Under the pieces are notes generated by a model. The model saw only the letters and a list, made by a program, of their open reading frames with translations, did no database searches and was not told where the DNA came from. From assembly GCA_045632285.1 (NCBI GenBank), contig JAZQWJ010000075.1, positions 11,445 through 75,444 of the forward strand: a stretch of DNA of 64,000 nt, in the 5' to 3' direction. Shown here piece after piece: positions 1 through 8,850 of this stretch. Origin of the DNA: Eubacteriales bacterium. GTDB lineage: Bacteria; Bacillota; Clostridia; Oscillospirales; CAG-272. The stretch's first letter is position 1. Each line of letters opens with the position of its first letter. The translations under genes were made by a program, and so were the position numbers.

Positions 1-73
1 AGAGATCGATAGTTTGGTGCCCGCCGCCGTGGCCGGATATATCCGCGAAAAGGGGCTGTATCGCAAGTTATGA
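1..73 (+). CDS. nadD: C-terminal fragment of probable nicotinate-nucleotide adenylyltransferase (5' end outside window)
   Basis: The frame reading EIDSLVPAAVAGYIREKGLYRKL* runs off the 5' edge. Its stop TGA 71-73 overlaps the yqeK ATG (ATGA). The position upstream of yqeK-rsfS fits the conserved Firmicutes nadD-yqeK-rsfS order. The fragment is too short for a firm call and is absent from the ORF track because it is edge-open. Confidence 0.45.
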   Translation, partial: EIDSLVPAAVAGYIREKGLYRKL

Positions 74-696
74 TCACCGCACAGATGCTAAACGGCCTGC
101 GCGGCAGAATGGCGGCGCTGCTGTCGCCCTACCGTATGGCGCACACCCTTGGTGTAGAGGAGATGGCCGCACGGCTGGCTGCCCTTTATTGCCCTGAAAA
201 GGAGCTTGTGCTGCGCGCTGCCGCGCTGCTGCACGACCTGACCAAGGAACTGAAAAACGGTGAGCAGCTTGCCATTTTTCAGGCTCACGGCGTAACGCTT
301 CGTCCCGACGAGCAGGCCTCGCCCAAGGTGTGGCACGGTATGACCGCCGCCTTAGAGATCCCTGCGCGCTTTCCCGACTTTGCCGATCCGGAGCTGATCA
401 AGGCCGTGCGTTGGCACTCCACGGGGCACGCGAATATGACCCTTTCCGAGGCCATCCTGCTTTTGGCAGATTATATTGAGGAGGGGCGCTCTTTTCCCGA
501 TTGCATCGCCCTGCGCAACCGCTTTTTTAAGGTAGAGCCTGCCGCTATGACGTTGCCCGAGCGTCGCCGTCATTTGCGTGACATTCTGCTGCTATCCTTT
601 GACTACACTCTTTCCGAGCTTCAGGCCTCCGGCAGCTCCGTCTGTCTGGATACCCTTGCGGCGCGGGAGGATCTGAAAAATAGAAGTGAATTTTGA
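70..696 (+). CDS. yqeK: HD-domain phosphohydrolase, YqeK family
   Basis: 208 aa with an HD signature region (AALLHDLTKE) and a later RWHSTGH. It overlaps the neighbouring genes at both ends by a few nt, and shows classic synteny with rsfS. Confidence 0.8.
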   Translation: MITAQMLNGLRGRMAALLSPYRMAHTLGVEEMAARLAALYCPEKELVLRAAALLHDLTKELKNGEQLAIFQAHGVTLRPDEQASPKVWHGMTAALEIPARFPDFADPELIKAVRWHSTGHANMTLSEAILLLADYIEEGRSFPDCIALRNRFFKVEPAAMTLPERRRHLRDILLLSFDYTLSELQASGSSVCLDTLAAREDLKNRSEF

Positions 697-707
697 AAGG
701 AACAATC

Positions 708-1103
708 ATGGAAGACATTACCTTTGAGGGTTGGGAAAAGCTTTCTCCCCTGACTGATGCCGAATATGAAGAGGTCGCAGAGGCCATCCGCTTTGTGTTG
801 GATGCCAAGCGCGGCCGCGATATTGCCGTTCTGCCCGTTGTGGGTAACAGCGACATTACCGATTGCTATGTGATCTCCAGCGCCACCTCCGGCACGCACG
901 TCCGCGCTTTGGCGGGCGAGGTCGAGTTCCGTATGGGACAGCGTGGCCTTGTGCCCTTGCACACCGACGGCGGCGATCAGCGTGATTGGATGGTGGTAGA
1001 TTTCGGAAACGTGATCGTACACATTTTTGACCGCGAGGCCAGAGAATTTTATCATCTTGACAAACTGTATGCGAACCCTGAGGGTGCCGCAAAGGAGGAC
1101 TAA
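708..1103 (+). CDS. rsfS: ribosomal silencing factor RsfS (Iojap family)
   Basis: Recognisable RsfS core: DIAVLPV..SDITDCYVISSATSGTHVRAL...WMVVDFGNVIVHIFDREAREFYHLDKLY. The ATG at 708 is preferred over the TTG at 693 used by the ORF track. Confidence 0.9.
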   Translation: MEDITFEGWEKLSPLTDAEYEEVAEAIRFVLDAKRGRDIAVLPVVGNSDITDCYVISSATSGTHVRALAGEVEFRMGQRGLVPLHTDGGDQRDWMVVDFGNVIVHIFDREAREFYHLDKLYANPEGAAKED

Positions 1104-1104
1104 T

Positions 1105-3507
1105 ATGAAATACGACTTTGTTGCCATCGAGAAAAAATGGCAGGACAAGTGGGAACAGGCGGGCATTTTCCACGCTGCCGATCACAGCGAAAAGCCCAAA
1201 TTCTACGGCCTTGTAGAATTCCCTTATCCCAGCGGAGCAGGTATGCACGTTGGCCACATCAAGGCTTATGCGGGTCTTGAGGTCATCAGCCGTAAGCGCC
1301 GTATGCAGGGATACAACGTGATGTATCCTCTCGGATTTGACGCTTTTGGTCTGCCCACCGAGAACTACGCTATCAAAACCGGTATCCACCCCAGACAAGT
1401 AACGGATAAGAATATCGCTCGCTTCTCTGAGCAGCTGAAGCGCGTGGGCTTTTCCTTTGACTGGCCCCGTGTGGTGGATACCACCGAGGAAAAGTATTAT
1501 AAGTGGACCCAGTGGATCTTCCTTAAGATGTTTGAAAACGGCTTGGTGTTCCGCGATACCGCGCTGGTCAACTACTGCCCCAGCTGTAAGGTGGTGCTGT
1601 CTAACGAGGATTCTCAGGGCGGCAAGTGCGATATCTGCCATAGCGATATCGTGCAAAAGTCCAAGGACGTTTGGTATCTGCGCATCACCAAGTATGCCGA
1701 CAAGCTTCTGGAGGGTCTGGAGGAGGTCGATTATCTCCCCAACGTCAAGCAACAGCAGGTCAACTGGATCGGACGCAGCACCGGTGCGTTCGTTGATTTC
1801 TCTGTAAAGGGTGTTGACGAAAAGCTCCGTATCTATACCACCCGCCCCGACACCCTGTTTGGTGTAACCTTTATGGTCATGGCCCCCGAGCATCCTATGC
1901 TTGAAAAGTACCGTGACCGCATCACCAACACAGAAGCGCTGGATGCTTATCGCGAGGAATGCACCAAAAAGACCGAGTTCGAGCGTACGCAGATGAACAA
2001 GGATAAGACCGGCGTTCGCATCGAGGGCCTTTGCGGCATCAACCCCGTCACCGGCAAGGAGATCCCGATCTATATTTCCGATTACGTGATGATGGGCTAC
2101 GGCACCGGTGCCATTATGGCAGTGCCTGCACACGACGACCGTGACTATGCCTTTGCCAAAAAGTTTGGCATCGATATCGTAGAGGTCATCAAGGGTGGCG
2201 ATATCTCCAAAGAGGCCTATGCCGGTGACGGCGAGATGGTCAACTCCGATTTCCTCAACGGCATTTGCGAGAAGAAGATCGCCATTGAAAAAATGGTCAA
2301 GGTGCTGGAGGAAAAGGGCATTGGCGAGGCCGGTGTGCAGTATAAGATGAAGGATTGGGCCTTCAACCGTCAGCGTTACTGGGGCGAGCCCATTCCGATC
2401 GTGCATTGCGTCAAGTGCGGCATGGTCGCCGTTCCTTACGAGGAGCTGCCGCTGCGCTTGCCCAATATGGAGAATTTTGCTCCCGGTGAGGGCGGCGAAT
2501 CTCCCCTTGCTAAGATCGAGAGCTTTGTCAATTGCAAGTGCCCCAAGTGTGGCGGCGCTGCCAAGCGCGAGACCGATACGATGCCCCAGTGGGCAGGCTC
2601 CTCTTGGTATTTCCTGCGCTATATCGATCCGCTGAACGACGATTGCCTGGCCGATCCCGAAAAGCTCCGTTACTGGCTGCCCGTTGACTGGTACAACGGC
2701 GGTATGGAGCACGTGACGCGACACCTGATCTACAGCCGCTTCTGGCACAGATTTTTGTATGACATCGGCGTAGTTCCTACCAAAGAGCCTTATGCCAAGC
2801 GTACCGCACAGGGCCTGATCCTTGGTCCTGACGGTCAAAAAATGTCCAAATCCCGCGGCAACGTGGTCGACCCCTTGAACGTGGTTGACGAATTTGGCGC
2901 CGATACTCTGCGCGTTTATATTCTGTTTATGGGCGATTACGGTGCTGCAGCACCTTGGTCCGAGAGCAGTATGCGTGGCTGCAAGCGCTTCCTTGACCGT
3001 GTTTCCGGCCTCGCTGAAAGGGCCAAAGGCAATGGCGTGACCAAGGAGCTTGAGGCCCCCTTCCACAAGACCATCAAAAAGGTGACCTCCGATATTGAGG
3101 AGATGAAATTCAATACCGCCATCGCCTCTATGATGGAGCTGATCAACGAGATCGATAAGGTCGGCAGCATCACGGTGGACGAGGTCAAGACCTTTGCTGC
3201 TATGCTGTGTCCCTTCGCTCCCCACCTTTGCGAGGAGATCTGGGAGGCCCTTGGAGGCAAGGGCTTCTGCTCGATGGCAGAGTGGCCGAGCTTTGACGAG
3301 GCTAAAACGGTATCCGATACCGTAGAGATCGCCGTACAGCTGTGCGGAAAGCTGAAGGCTGTTGTGGCAATGCCCGCAGGCGCCTCTCGCGAGGAGATGG
3401 CTGCTCTTGCTAAGGCCGATGCACGCGTGGCCGCCGCTTTGGAAGGCAAGACGGTCAAAAAGGAGATCGTGGTTCCCGGCAAGATCGTGAACTTTGTCGC
3501 AGTATAA
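1105..3507 (+). CDS. leuS: leucine--tRNA ligase
   Basis: 800 aa from ATG 1105 (MKYDFVAIEKKWQDKW). Contains a class-I HIGH-type motif (GMHVGHI) and a KMSKS motif (QKMSKSRGN). The ORF-track start at 1027 lies inside rsfS. Confidence 0.97.
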   Translation: MKYDFVAIEKKWQDKWEQAGIFHAADHSEKPKFYGLVEFPYPSGAGMHVGHIKAYAGLEVISRKRRMQGYNVMYPLGFDAFGLPTENYAIKTGIHPRQVTDKNIARFSEQLKRVGFSFDWPRVVDTTEEKYYKWTQWIFLKMFENGLVFRDTALVNYCPSCKVVLSNEDSQGGKCDICHSDIVQKSKDVWYLRITKYADKLLEGLEEVDYLPNVKQQQVNWIGRSTGAFVDFSVKGVDEKLRIYTTRPDTLFGVTFMVMAPEHPMLEKYRDRITNTEALDAYREECTKKTEFERTQMNKDKTGVRIEGLCGINPVTGKEIPIYISDYVMMGYGTGAIMAVPAHDDRDYAFAKKFGIDIVEVIKGGDISKEAYAGDGEMVNSDFLNGICEKKIAIEKMVKVLEEKGIGEAGVQYKMKDWAFNRQRYWGEPIPIVHCVKCGMVAVPYEELPLRLPNMENFAPGEGGESPLAKIESFVNCKCPKCGGAAKRETDTMPQWAGSSWYFLRYIDPLNDDCLADPEKLRYWLPVDWYNGGMEHVTRHLIYSRFWHRFLYDIGVVPTKEPYAKRTAQGLILGPDGQKMSKSRGNVVDPLNVVDEFGADTLRVYILFMGDYGAAAPWSESSMRGCKRFLDRVSGLAERAKGNGVTKELEAPFHKTIKKVTSDIEEMKFNTAIASMMELINEIDKVGSITVDEVKTFAAMLCPFAPHLCEEIWEALGGKGFCSMAEWPSFDEAKTVSDTVEIAVQLCGKLKAVVAMPAGASREEMAALAKADARVAAALEGKTVKKEIVVPGKIVNFVAV

Positions 3508-3741
3508 CCATCGCAATACGGCGTTGCTCCTCAAAAGCGGCTCGACGTAGGTTACTACGCCTTCGCCTTGCTTTTTGCGGTGCGCCTTGTCTTGCTTGGT
3601 TCTCCTGCACCAAGAGAAGCGTGGCGGGGGTATAACCGTCGCAATACGGCAGTTTCTCTCGCACCAAGGGGGAGAGCCGTGCGTTGATTTTGCCGCGATC
3701 TAAGCGGCATTTGGCGCAGGGGAGGGGCTTGCTCCTCCCGC
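3503..3741 (+). repeat. structured intergenic repeat, copy A (related to 42913-43149)
   Basis: By hand alignment, 3531-3604 matches 42949-43023 at roughly 85-90% identity. An identical 24-mer aggggaggggcttgctcctcccgc occurs at 3718-3741 and 43126-43149. There is an internal direct repeat tataacc[a/g]tcgcaatacggc at 3503-3522 and 3631-3650. Confidence 0.6.
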
Positions 3742-3788
3742 AACGCCTACCTTCACCAAAAAAATCTTCCAAAATTTTAAAATAACTC

Positions 3789-3817
3789 TTGACACGGGAG
3801 TTAAAATCGTGTATAAT
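3789..3817 (+). promoter_or_regulatory. sigma-A-type promoter for rpsU
   Basis: TTGACA at 3789-3794, a 17-nt spacer ending in TG, and TATAAT at 3812-3817. It lies about 65 nt upstream of the rpsU ATG. Confidence 0.7.
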
Positions 3818-3881
3818 ATCATAGTACGCTATCTGCGTATCGAAAGATTAGTTTGTCACCGCGAGGGGAGGGATATAGAAC

Positions 3882-4058
3882 ATGGCAGAAGTAAAGCTGA
3901 AAGAGGGCGAAACCCTTGACAGTGCTCTGCGTCGCTTTAAGCGTCAGTGCGCCAGATCCGGCGTTCTTGCCGAACTTCGCAAGAGAGAGCATTACGAGAA
4001 GCCCAGCGTAAAGCGTAAGAAGAAGTCTGAAGCTGCACGCAAGCGTAAGTATAAATAA
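3882..4058 (+). CDS. rpsU: 30S ribosomal protein S21
   Basis: Read by hand; at 58 aa it falls below the ORF-track cutoff. Sequence: [64 protein letters not shown] lies upstream of the ATG. Confidence 0.9.
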   Translation: MAEVKLKEGETLDSALRRFKRQCARSGVLAELRKREHYEKPSVKRKKKSEAARKRKYK

Positions 4059-4070
4059 TCATTGCGAAAA

Positions 4071-4104
4071 GAAAAGAGCCGCTAACGCGGCTCTTTTCTT
4101 TTTC
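4071..4104 (+). terminator. rho-independent terminator of rpsU
   Basis: Hairpin gaaaagagccgc-taac-gcggctcttttc followed by a T-run. Confidence 0.75.
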
Positions 4105-4108
4105 TCTC

Positions 4109-4139
4109 AAAAAGGACAGGACACAACAGCGTCCTGTCC
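4109..4139 (-). terminator. rho-independent terminator of the DUF368 gene
   Basis: Stem ggacaggac / gtcctgtcc with an 8-nt loop. The A-run at 4109-4113 reads as a T-run on the minus strand, directly after the stop at 4147. Confidence 0.7.
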
Positions 4140-4146
4140 CTTTGCT

Positions 4147-5283
4147 TTATTCCGTTTCCTCGGCAGCGGGGGAGTCGGTTAGGTCGTCCGCCGCAAATGC
4201 CTCGGAACTATAGGCATCTTCGGTGCTTGATAAGGCTTCGTCAAGCTCGCGCTCGGCTTGCTCAATGGAATCCAGCTCCATCTGTATCTTAAGCTCGTGC
4301 ACTTCCTTTTTGCGCTCCTCCTCGGGAGAGGGCTCGTCGCTTTGCGCCGCTTCGGCCTCTTTTTGGCCCGCCTCGGTGGTATCCTTGGGGATAAGGCCCA
4401 AATATCGCAAAACCACAGGGATCCACGTATAGGCAAAAAAGCCGGCCGCAAACAACGCGATGGCCCAGATCATCTGCGGGCCCGAGAAATGCGCCTTAAA
4501 GTTAGAAAAATCATCCCACACACACTTTTTCAGCACGATCAGTGGGGCCACACAGACCATGGCGTAGTTAACGCAATGCAGTTGGCGGGGAAAGCGCTTT
4601 GTTAAGTAGCGGATTCCCTTGGAAAGAAGGAAGGAACCAAGACCATAGCCCACAACGTAGGCAAGGAACAAAAACAGACGGGCGGGAACGGTGATCAGCA
4701 GGATCGGATTGCCCATCAGGTCGATCAGGGCGAAATAATAGCCCATTGCCATCAGTGTTACGGCAAAATCCACACCGGGGATCACAAGCGTTGTAGAGGT
4801 CAGCATGCCGACAACAAGCATGGTGATATAGTCACCGGGAAAGCTGATATCGGTAAAGATCAAGTCCTGCTCGCCCCCCACAAACAGGGCGTACAAAAGA
4901 AAGATGCCGGCTACCAGTATCATGACCACCCAGTTAGAGGGCTTTTTAAAATCGTGGCGAGTTTCCACGGTCATACGCGGTATAGTACCGATCAAAAAGC
5001 CGAGAACAGCGGCGATCATAGGGATGGGAAAATTGGCGTAGATCGTGTTAACGGCAATGGTGCCGCCAACAGCGCCAAGCGCATATCCCGAAATCAAGAT
5101 CGCCAAAAACGCGATGCTCTGTTTGGGCTGCTTTAAAATATGGCTGATGGCATAGATCATATCATAATAGACCAAAAAGATCAGCGCAATGGTGCTGGCG
5201 CTAAGGCCGGGGACGGCAAGGCCGCAAAAACCCATTAAAATGGCGATTAAAAATAGAGAAAGCTTGCTTTTGTGATTGTTCAT
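4147..5283 (-). CDS. DUF368-family polytopic membrane protein (family linked to polyprenyl-phosphate recycling) with acidic C-terminal tail
   Basis: Two internal repeats each carry a PG(L/V)S-like motif (AVPGLSASTIALIFLVYYDMI and VIPGVDFAVTLMAMGYYFALI), as in DUF368. There are many TM segments. The start at MNNHKSKL (5283) is preferred over the ORF-track start. Confidence 0.65.
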   Translation of the reverse strand: MNNHKSKLSLFLIAILMGFCGLAVPGLSASTIALIFLVYYDMIYAISHILKQPKQSIAFLAILISGYALGAVGGTIAVNTIYANFPIPMIAAVLGFLIGTIPRMTVETRHDFKKPSNWVVMILVAGIFLLYALFVGGEQDLIFTDISFPGDYITMLVVGMLTSTTLVIPGVDFAVTLMAMGYYFALIDLMGNPILLITVPARLFLFLAYVVGYGLGSFLLSKGIRYLTKRFPRQLHCVNYAMVCVAPLIVLKKCVWDDFSNFKAHFSGPQMIWAIALFAAGFFAYTWIPVVLRYLGLIPKDTTEAGQKEAEAAQSDEPSPEEERKKEVHELKIQMELDSIEQAERELDEALSSTEDAYSSEAFAADDLTDSPAAEETE

Positions 5284-5386
5284 GTGACCTTTCCGCTGCC
5301 TGTGACGACAATACTTGTGTTCATTAAGCAAAAGCATAGCGTAATTATGTGAATATACTGTGACGGGAGCGCCTTTGTTACAATAA

Positions 5387-5419
5387 TTTAAAAAAGAAGC
5401 CGCCTCAACGGCGGCTTCT
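5387..5419 (-). terminator. rho-independent terminator of the GH127-like gene
   Basis: Perfect 11-bp stem aagaagccgcc / ggcggcttctt with a 5-nt loop, followed by a T-run on the minus strand. It sits just after the stop at 5426. Confidence 0.7.
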
Positions 5420-5425
5420 TTGTGT

Positions 5426-7276
5426 TTAAAATTCAGCTTTGGGCAGCACGCTCATACGCAAGGAGGTGCAGCCATAAGGGATCAGGCGCATTTTTTGTGC
5501 TGCGCCAACGGCACGGCGGCTATCGGGTACAGCCTTGCAGTGAGCGTGCTCCTCTCCCCATTCCACGGGGGCAAGCTCGGCCTCAAGTGCCACGGGGGAA
5601 CCCTCGGGAGAGAACAGGAACGCCGCATCGGGTTCGCTTTCCGTATAGATAAAGCGATCGCTTGCAAATCCAAAGGCAAAGGGCGTTGTGGGCAGGATCT
5701 CATAGTCGCAATAGGGAAATTTACGCATCACGCCGTTTTTTTCATATTCCAAGCGGTGCCATTCCTCGCCAATGGGCAGGGCGTAAAGCAGAGGGCCACG
5801 CTTAACGCTGAACATACCCTCGTAGCCCTCGGTCATTTCGGTGGAAAATTCCAATTCAACGGTCACGGTCTGCTCGCCCTCCCACGTGTGGTCAATGACA
5901 AAAAACTCGCCTACGGGTGCGATTTTTCCGTTCACGGTGGCCGCTTTGGCAAAGCCGGGGATACGGATCGACAGTGGGAATGCCACAGGTGCATCGGTGC
6001 GCACGGTATAGGTCAACGTGTTGCGGAAGGGATAGCGGGTATCCAGCTCTACGGTGACCGCTTTGCCGTCGATCTTGGTGGAAACAACGGCGGGAACAAG
6101 CAAAGCAGAGGCAATGCCACGCTCGGTCCTCATAAAGGAAGAAAGCGCCAATTTCGGCCAGCCCTGGCCCATATTGGCGGTACAGCAGCCAAACTCCGGC
6201 TCCAGACCAAAGAGGTGGGCCTCGCCCTTGTTGGTGGTGAACTGGATAGCCTCGCGAGGGGTGATACGGCAGGAGATCTGATTGGCCATCTGATCATACT
6301 GGTGGCTCCACATATCGGGAGAGCAGGTGGCGGGCAGTGCGTTAAAAGCAAGGAACTCGGCGCGGTCACCCCAAATGGGGTTGGCTGTGATCGACAGCAT
6401 CGTTTCGTAAGAGAACATCGTTTCCACTACGGCGCAAAGCTCGGTGCCCTGAATGGGAGAGCGCCCGGCAAGGCACTCGTCACCTGAAAAAATGCCGTAA
6501 GGCTGCCCGTGGGCACCAAGCAGCTTTGAAAGAGCTTGGTTTACAAATGCTTCGGGATCCTCGCCGGTGCGCAGGCTGTACAGGGCGCGACTTTTCAGCA
6601 TCATACCCTGATTAACCACGTGGTGTAGAAAATTCCATGCATGGGGTCTGGGCTTGCTGTAATGCCAATTTTCAAATACGTTGCGCCAATCTACGCCCAT
6701 AGAGGCCATTTTGTCGCAAAGCCCGATGATCCATTCCTCGGGGTACCACTCATACAGACGGTACAGCGCAAACAGGATCTCAAACCAGCGGGCAGCGCCC
6801 CAACGCAGGATCATGCAGGTGTCGGTGTGCTTATCAAATTGCTTCATCGTGCGATACAGCACGTCGGGGATGCGATCGTCGCCGGAGCAGTCGTACCACA
6901 GCACCAGCACCTTGGAAATCAGGATCAGCGCCCAAGTGTCGTAATTGGTGCGTTTTTTGTCGTCACAGGGGCACAGCCAGCCGTCGGGGCGTTGGCGTGC
7001 GATAATGGCATCAATGTATTTTTTTGCGCGGGCGATCATATGCTTGTCCTCAAGCAGATAAGCAAGCGGGATAAATCCGTCCAACCAATAGGGAACACGC
7101 TCCCAAGCCTCATGTGCACCGCCGATCCAACTGCTGTCGGCCACGTCAGGCCACACGCTGTCAAGGTGGCCTACAAGACCCTCGGCTTCAATTTCAAGCT
7201 GGCGGCGCATCCAGCCGCGGGGCTTGAGCTCTTTGGCGGTAAAGGGCTTTAATTGAAAAGACTTTATTGTAGACAT
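5426..7276 (-). CDS. GH127-like (DUF1680) glycoside hydrolase, probable beta-L-arabinofuranosidase family
   Basis: 616 aa from the MSTIKSF start, with AGGAG 8 nt upstream. It has an E-x-C motif (GTELCAV) and an adjacent CC motif (EFGCCTANMGQGWPK). These resemble the Zn/cysteine-nucleophile site described for GH127 HypBA1. Confidence 0.65.
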   Translation of the reverse strand: MSTIKSFQLKPFTAKELKPRGWMRRQLEIEAEGLVGHLDSVWPDVADSSWIGGAHEAWERVPYWLDGFIPLAYLLEDKHMIARAKKYIDAIIARQRPDGWLCPCDDKKRTNYDTWALILISKVLVLWYDCSGDDRIPDVLYRTMKQFDKHTDTCMILRWGAARWFEILFALYRLYEWYPEEWIIGLCDKMASMGVDWRNVFENWHYSKPRPHAWNFLHHVVNQGMMLKSRALYSLRTGEDPEAFVNQALSKLLGAHGQPYGIFSGDECLAGRSPIQGTELCAVVETMFSYETMLSITANPIWGDRAEFLAFNALPATCSPDMWSHQYDQMANQISCRITPREAIQFTTNKGEAHLFGLEPEFGCCTANMGQGWPKLALSSFMRTERGIASALLVPAVVSTKIDGKAVTVELDTRYPFRNTLTYTVRTDAPVAFPLSIRIPGFAKAATVNGKIAPVGEFFVIDHTWEGEQTVTVELEFSTEMTEGYEGMFSVKRGPLLYALPIGEEWHRLEYEKNGVMRKFPYCDYEILPTTPFAFGFASDRFIYTESEPDAAFLFSPEGSPVALEAELAPVEWGEEHAHCKAVPDSRRAVGAAQKMRLIPYGCTSLRMSVLPKAEF

Positions 7277-7377
7277 TTTGGAACTCCTTTTCCGTTTTCT
7301 ACGTTCATTATATCGCTTTCTCATAGCAAAAGCAATGAAAAAAACATATAAAAGGTGAAAAAATCCGATATGCGTAC

Positions 7378-8445
7378 TTATTGCGGAATGGCTACAAGGT
7401 CAATATCCCAAGCAGGCGCGCTGCACTCTCTTGTCAAAAACAGGTGGTATTGGGGGGCGATCTCCGCCAACTTCAGCGGGATCTCAAACAGATCTGCACT
7501 GCGGTGATATAATGCGATGCGCAAAATAGGCGCGTGTGTGCGGATCAGCTCGACCGAGCCTTGCAGGGCCTCTACTTCGGCGCCCTCTATGTCAAATTTG
7601 ACGTAATCCACAGGGCGACCACCAAGTAGCGCATCGGGGGTCGAGGTCGCTACCGTTGTGCGTGCGCGCCCCGTGCAAAGCCCGGCGTTGCGATTTCCCG
7701 AATCGTCAAACGCAGCCACCCCCACGTGGCCGCAAACCGCCACCTGATGACATTCTACTGTGCAGCCGGCCACGCCCTTGCTCCAATCACTTAACTTGCG
7801 GAAATTTCTGCGATCCGGCTCTGCTGCAAGAATAAATTGAACAGGGAAGCGCGCAATAGCGTCTCTTGCGCTGTCCCCGTTATAGGCGCCGAAATCGGCG
7901 ATTCGCATAATGGATCTGTTGCTTTCTGCCACGTGATCCCACGCGCTTTTTTCGCTGACAGCGGCCATCAGGTCACGGTAGCGGCCCGTTATGCGAAACT
8001 CTATGATCCTGTCAAAAAGCGTGCGAGAGGCCTCGTCACAAAGCAAGGATCTGGCGGCTTCAATGCGTTCCTTTTGCGCAGTCAAGGATGCCCTTTCAAA
8101 AAATGCACCTCCGCAGACCGGCATATCGGGCACCAACAGCTCATAACTGCGATCGACCTCTTCAAATAACGCCAAAACCTCGGGCCGAGAGGAACCGAAT
8201 GCCAGCAAGATCACGCATTCTCCGGGGGCATATTGGGCTTTGATGTCAGAATAGGAGCGTACGGACATTCCGCGAAACAGATTACCTCGCGCAAAGCCGT
8301 CACTGGCAAAAACGCCTGCGGCAGGGATGTTCCGTTTTTCCATTTCATCAAGGATCTTATCTGCGCCGTTTCCCATACCGTAAAGCAATATGGGGCGTGA
8401 TTCTTCCTTCAACCGTTCAAAAAGATCTTGTGTGTATTCCTTCAT
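7378..8445 (-). CDS. FkbM-family SAM-dependent methyltransferase
   Basis: 355 aa. The C-terminal half contains ADFGAYNGDSA and KFDIEGAEVEAL, which are typical of FkbM methyltransferases. Confidence 0.75.
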   Translation of the reverse strand: MKEYTQDLFERLKEESRPILLYGMGNGADKILDEMEKRNIPAAGVFASDGFARGNLFRGMSVRSYSDIKAQYAPGECVILLAFGSSRPEVLALFEEVDRSYELLVPDMPVCGGAFFERASLTAQKERIEAARSLLCDEASRTLFDRIIEFRITGRYRDLMAAVSEKSAWDHVAESNRSIMRIADFGAYNGDSARDAIARFPVQFILAAEPDRRNFRKLSDWSKGVAGCTVECHQVAVCGHVGVAAFDDSGNRNAGLCTGRARTTVATSTPDALLGGRPVDYVKFDIEGAEVEALQGSVELIRTHAPILRIALYHRSADLFEIPLKLAEIAPQYHLFLTRECSAPAWDIDLVAIPQ

Positions 8446-8454
8446 ATCTTGTCC

Positions 8455-8489
8455 TTTAAAAACAGGGGCGCTCGTTAAACGGCGCCCCT
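8455..8489 (-). terminator. terminator-like hairpin after the HIT gene (10 nt upstream of the FkbM start)
   Basis: Stem aggggcgc / gcgcccct with a 10-nt loop, followed by a T-run on the minus strand. Confidence 0.5.
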
Positions 8490-8501
8490 TAGTGATGAGT
8501 T

Positions 8502-8840
8502 TTAGGCCATCTGCTCGGGCAGCTTTTTGCCACCAAGCAAATGGAAATGCAGGTGCTTTACGCTCTGGCAGCCGTCCTCGCCGCAGTTGGTCAATACGCG
8601 GTAGCCGTTAACAAGCCCCTCAGCCTTCGCGATCTCGGGAATAGCCTCAAAGATCTTGGCTACGTAAAGGCTGTTTTCGGCGTTGATCTCGTCAGCCGAG
8701 GCAACGTGCGCCTTGGGTACGATCAGCACGTGGACAGGGGCCTGCGGATTGATATCGCGAAAGGCGTAAACGTATTCGTTTTCATAAACCTTTGCAGAGG
8801 GGATGGTGCCCTCAATGATCTTGCAGAACAAGCAATCCAT
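8502..8840 (-). CDS. HIT-family (histidine triad) nucleotide hydrolase
   Basis: 112 aa with the canonical HLHFHLLGG histidine triad near the C-terminus. Confidence 0.9.
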   Translation of the reverse strand: MDCLFCKIIEGTIPSAKVYENEYVYAFRDINPQAPVHVLIVPKAHVASADEINAENSLYVAKIFEAIPEIAKAEGLVNGYRVLTNCGEDGCQSVKHLHFHLLGGKKLPEQMA

Positions 8841-8850
8841 AGCGGCCTCC

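Noticed and set aside
856-3534. 892-aa ORF antisense to leuS. Similar long antisense ORFs occur at 18078-19292, 20123-21397, 28762-30261, 36370-37734, 39869-41350, 41842-42933, 42949-44691, 45480-47003, 61079-62227 and 62291-63721.
   Set aside because: Each lies opposite a gene with clear conserved-family motifs. Their translations are Gly/Ala/Arg/His/Val-rich with no recognisable domains, and they lack RBSs. They are typical stop-codon-poor shadow frames in GC-rich coding DNA.
3455-3772. 105-aa and 62-aa minus-strand ORFs, and the N-terminal extension of the ORF-track ilvD (43006-43257), all covering the intergenic repeats.
   Set aside because: The translations are low-complexity Arg/Pro/Ala-rich and have no RBS. 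The two repeat copies differ by indels that would not preserve a frame. The true ilvD start at 43258 has a strong RBS. They are better explained as noncoding repeat sequence.
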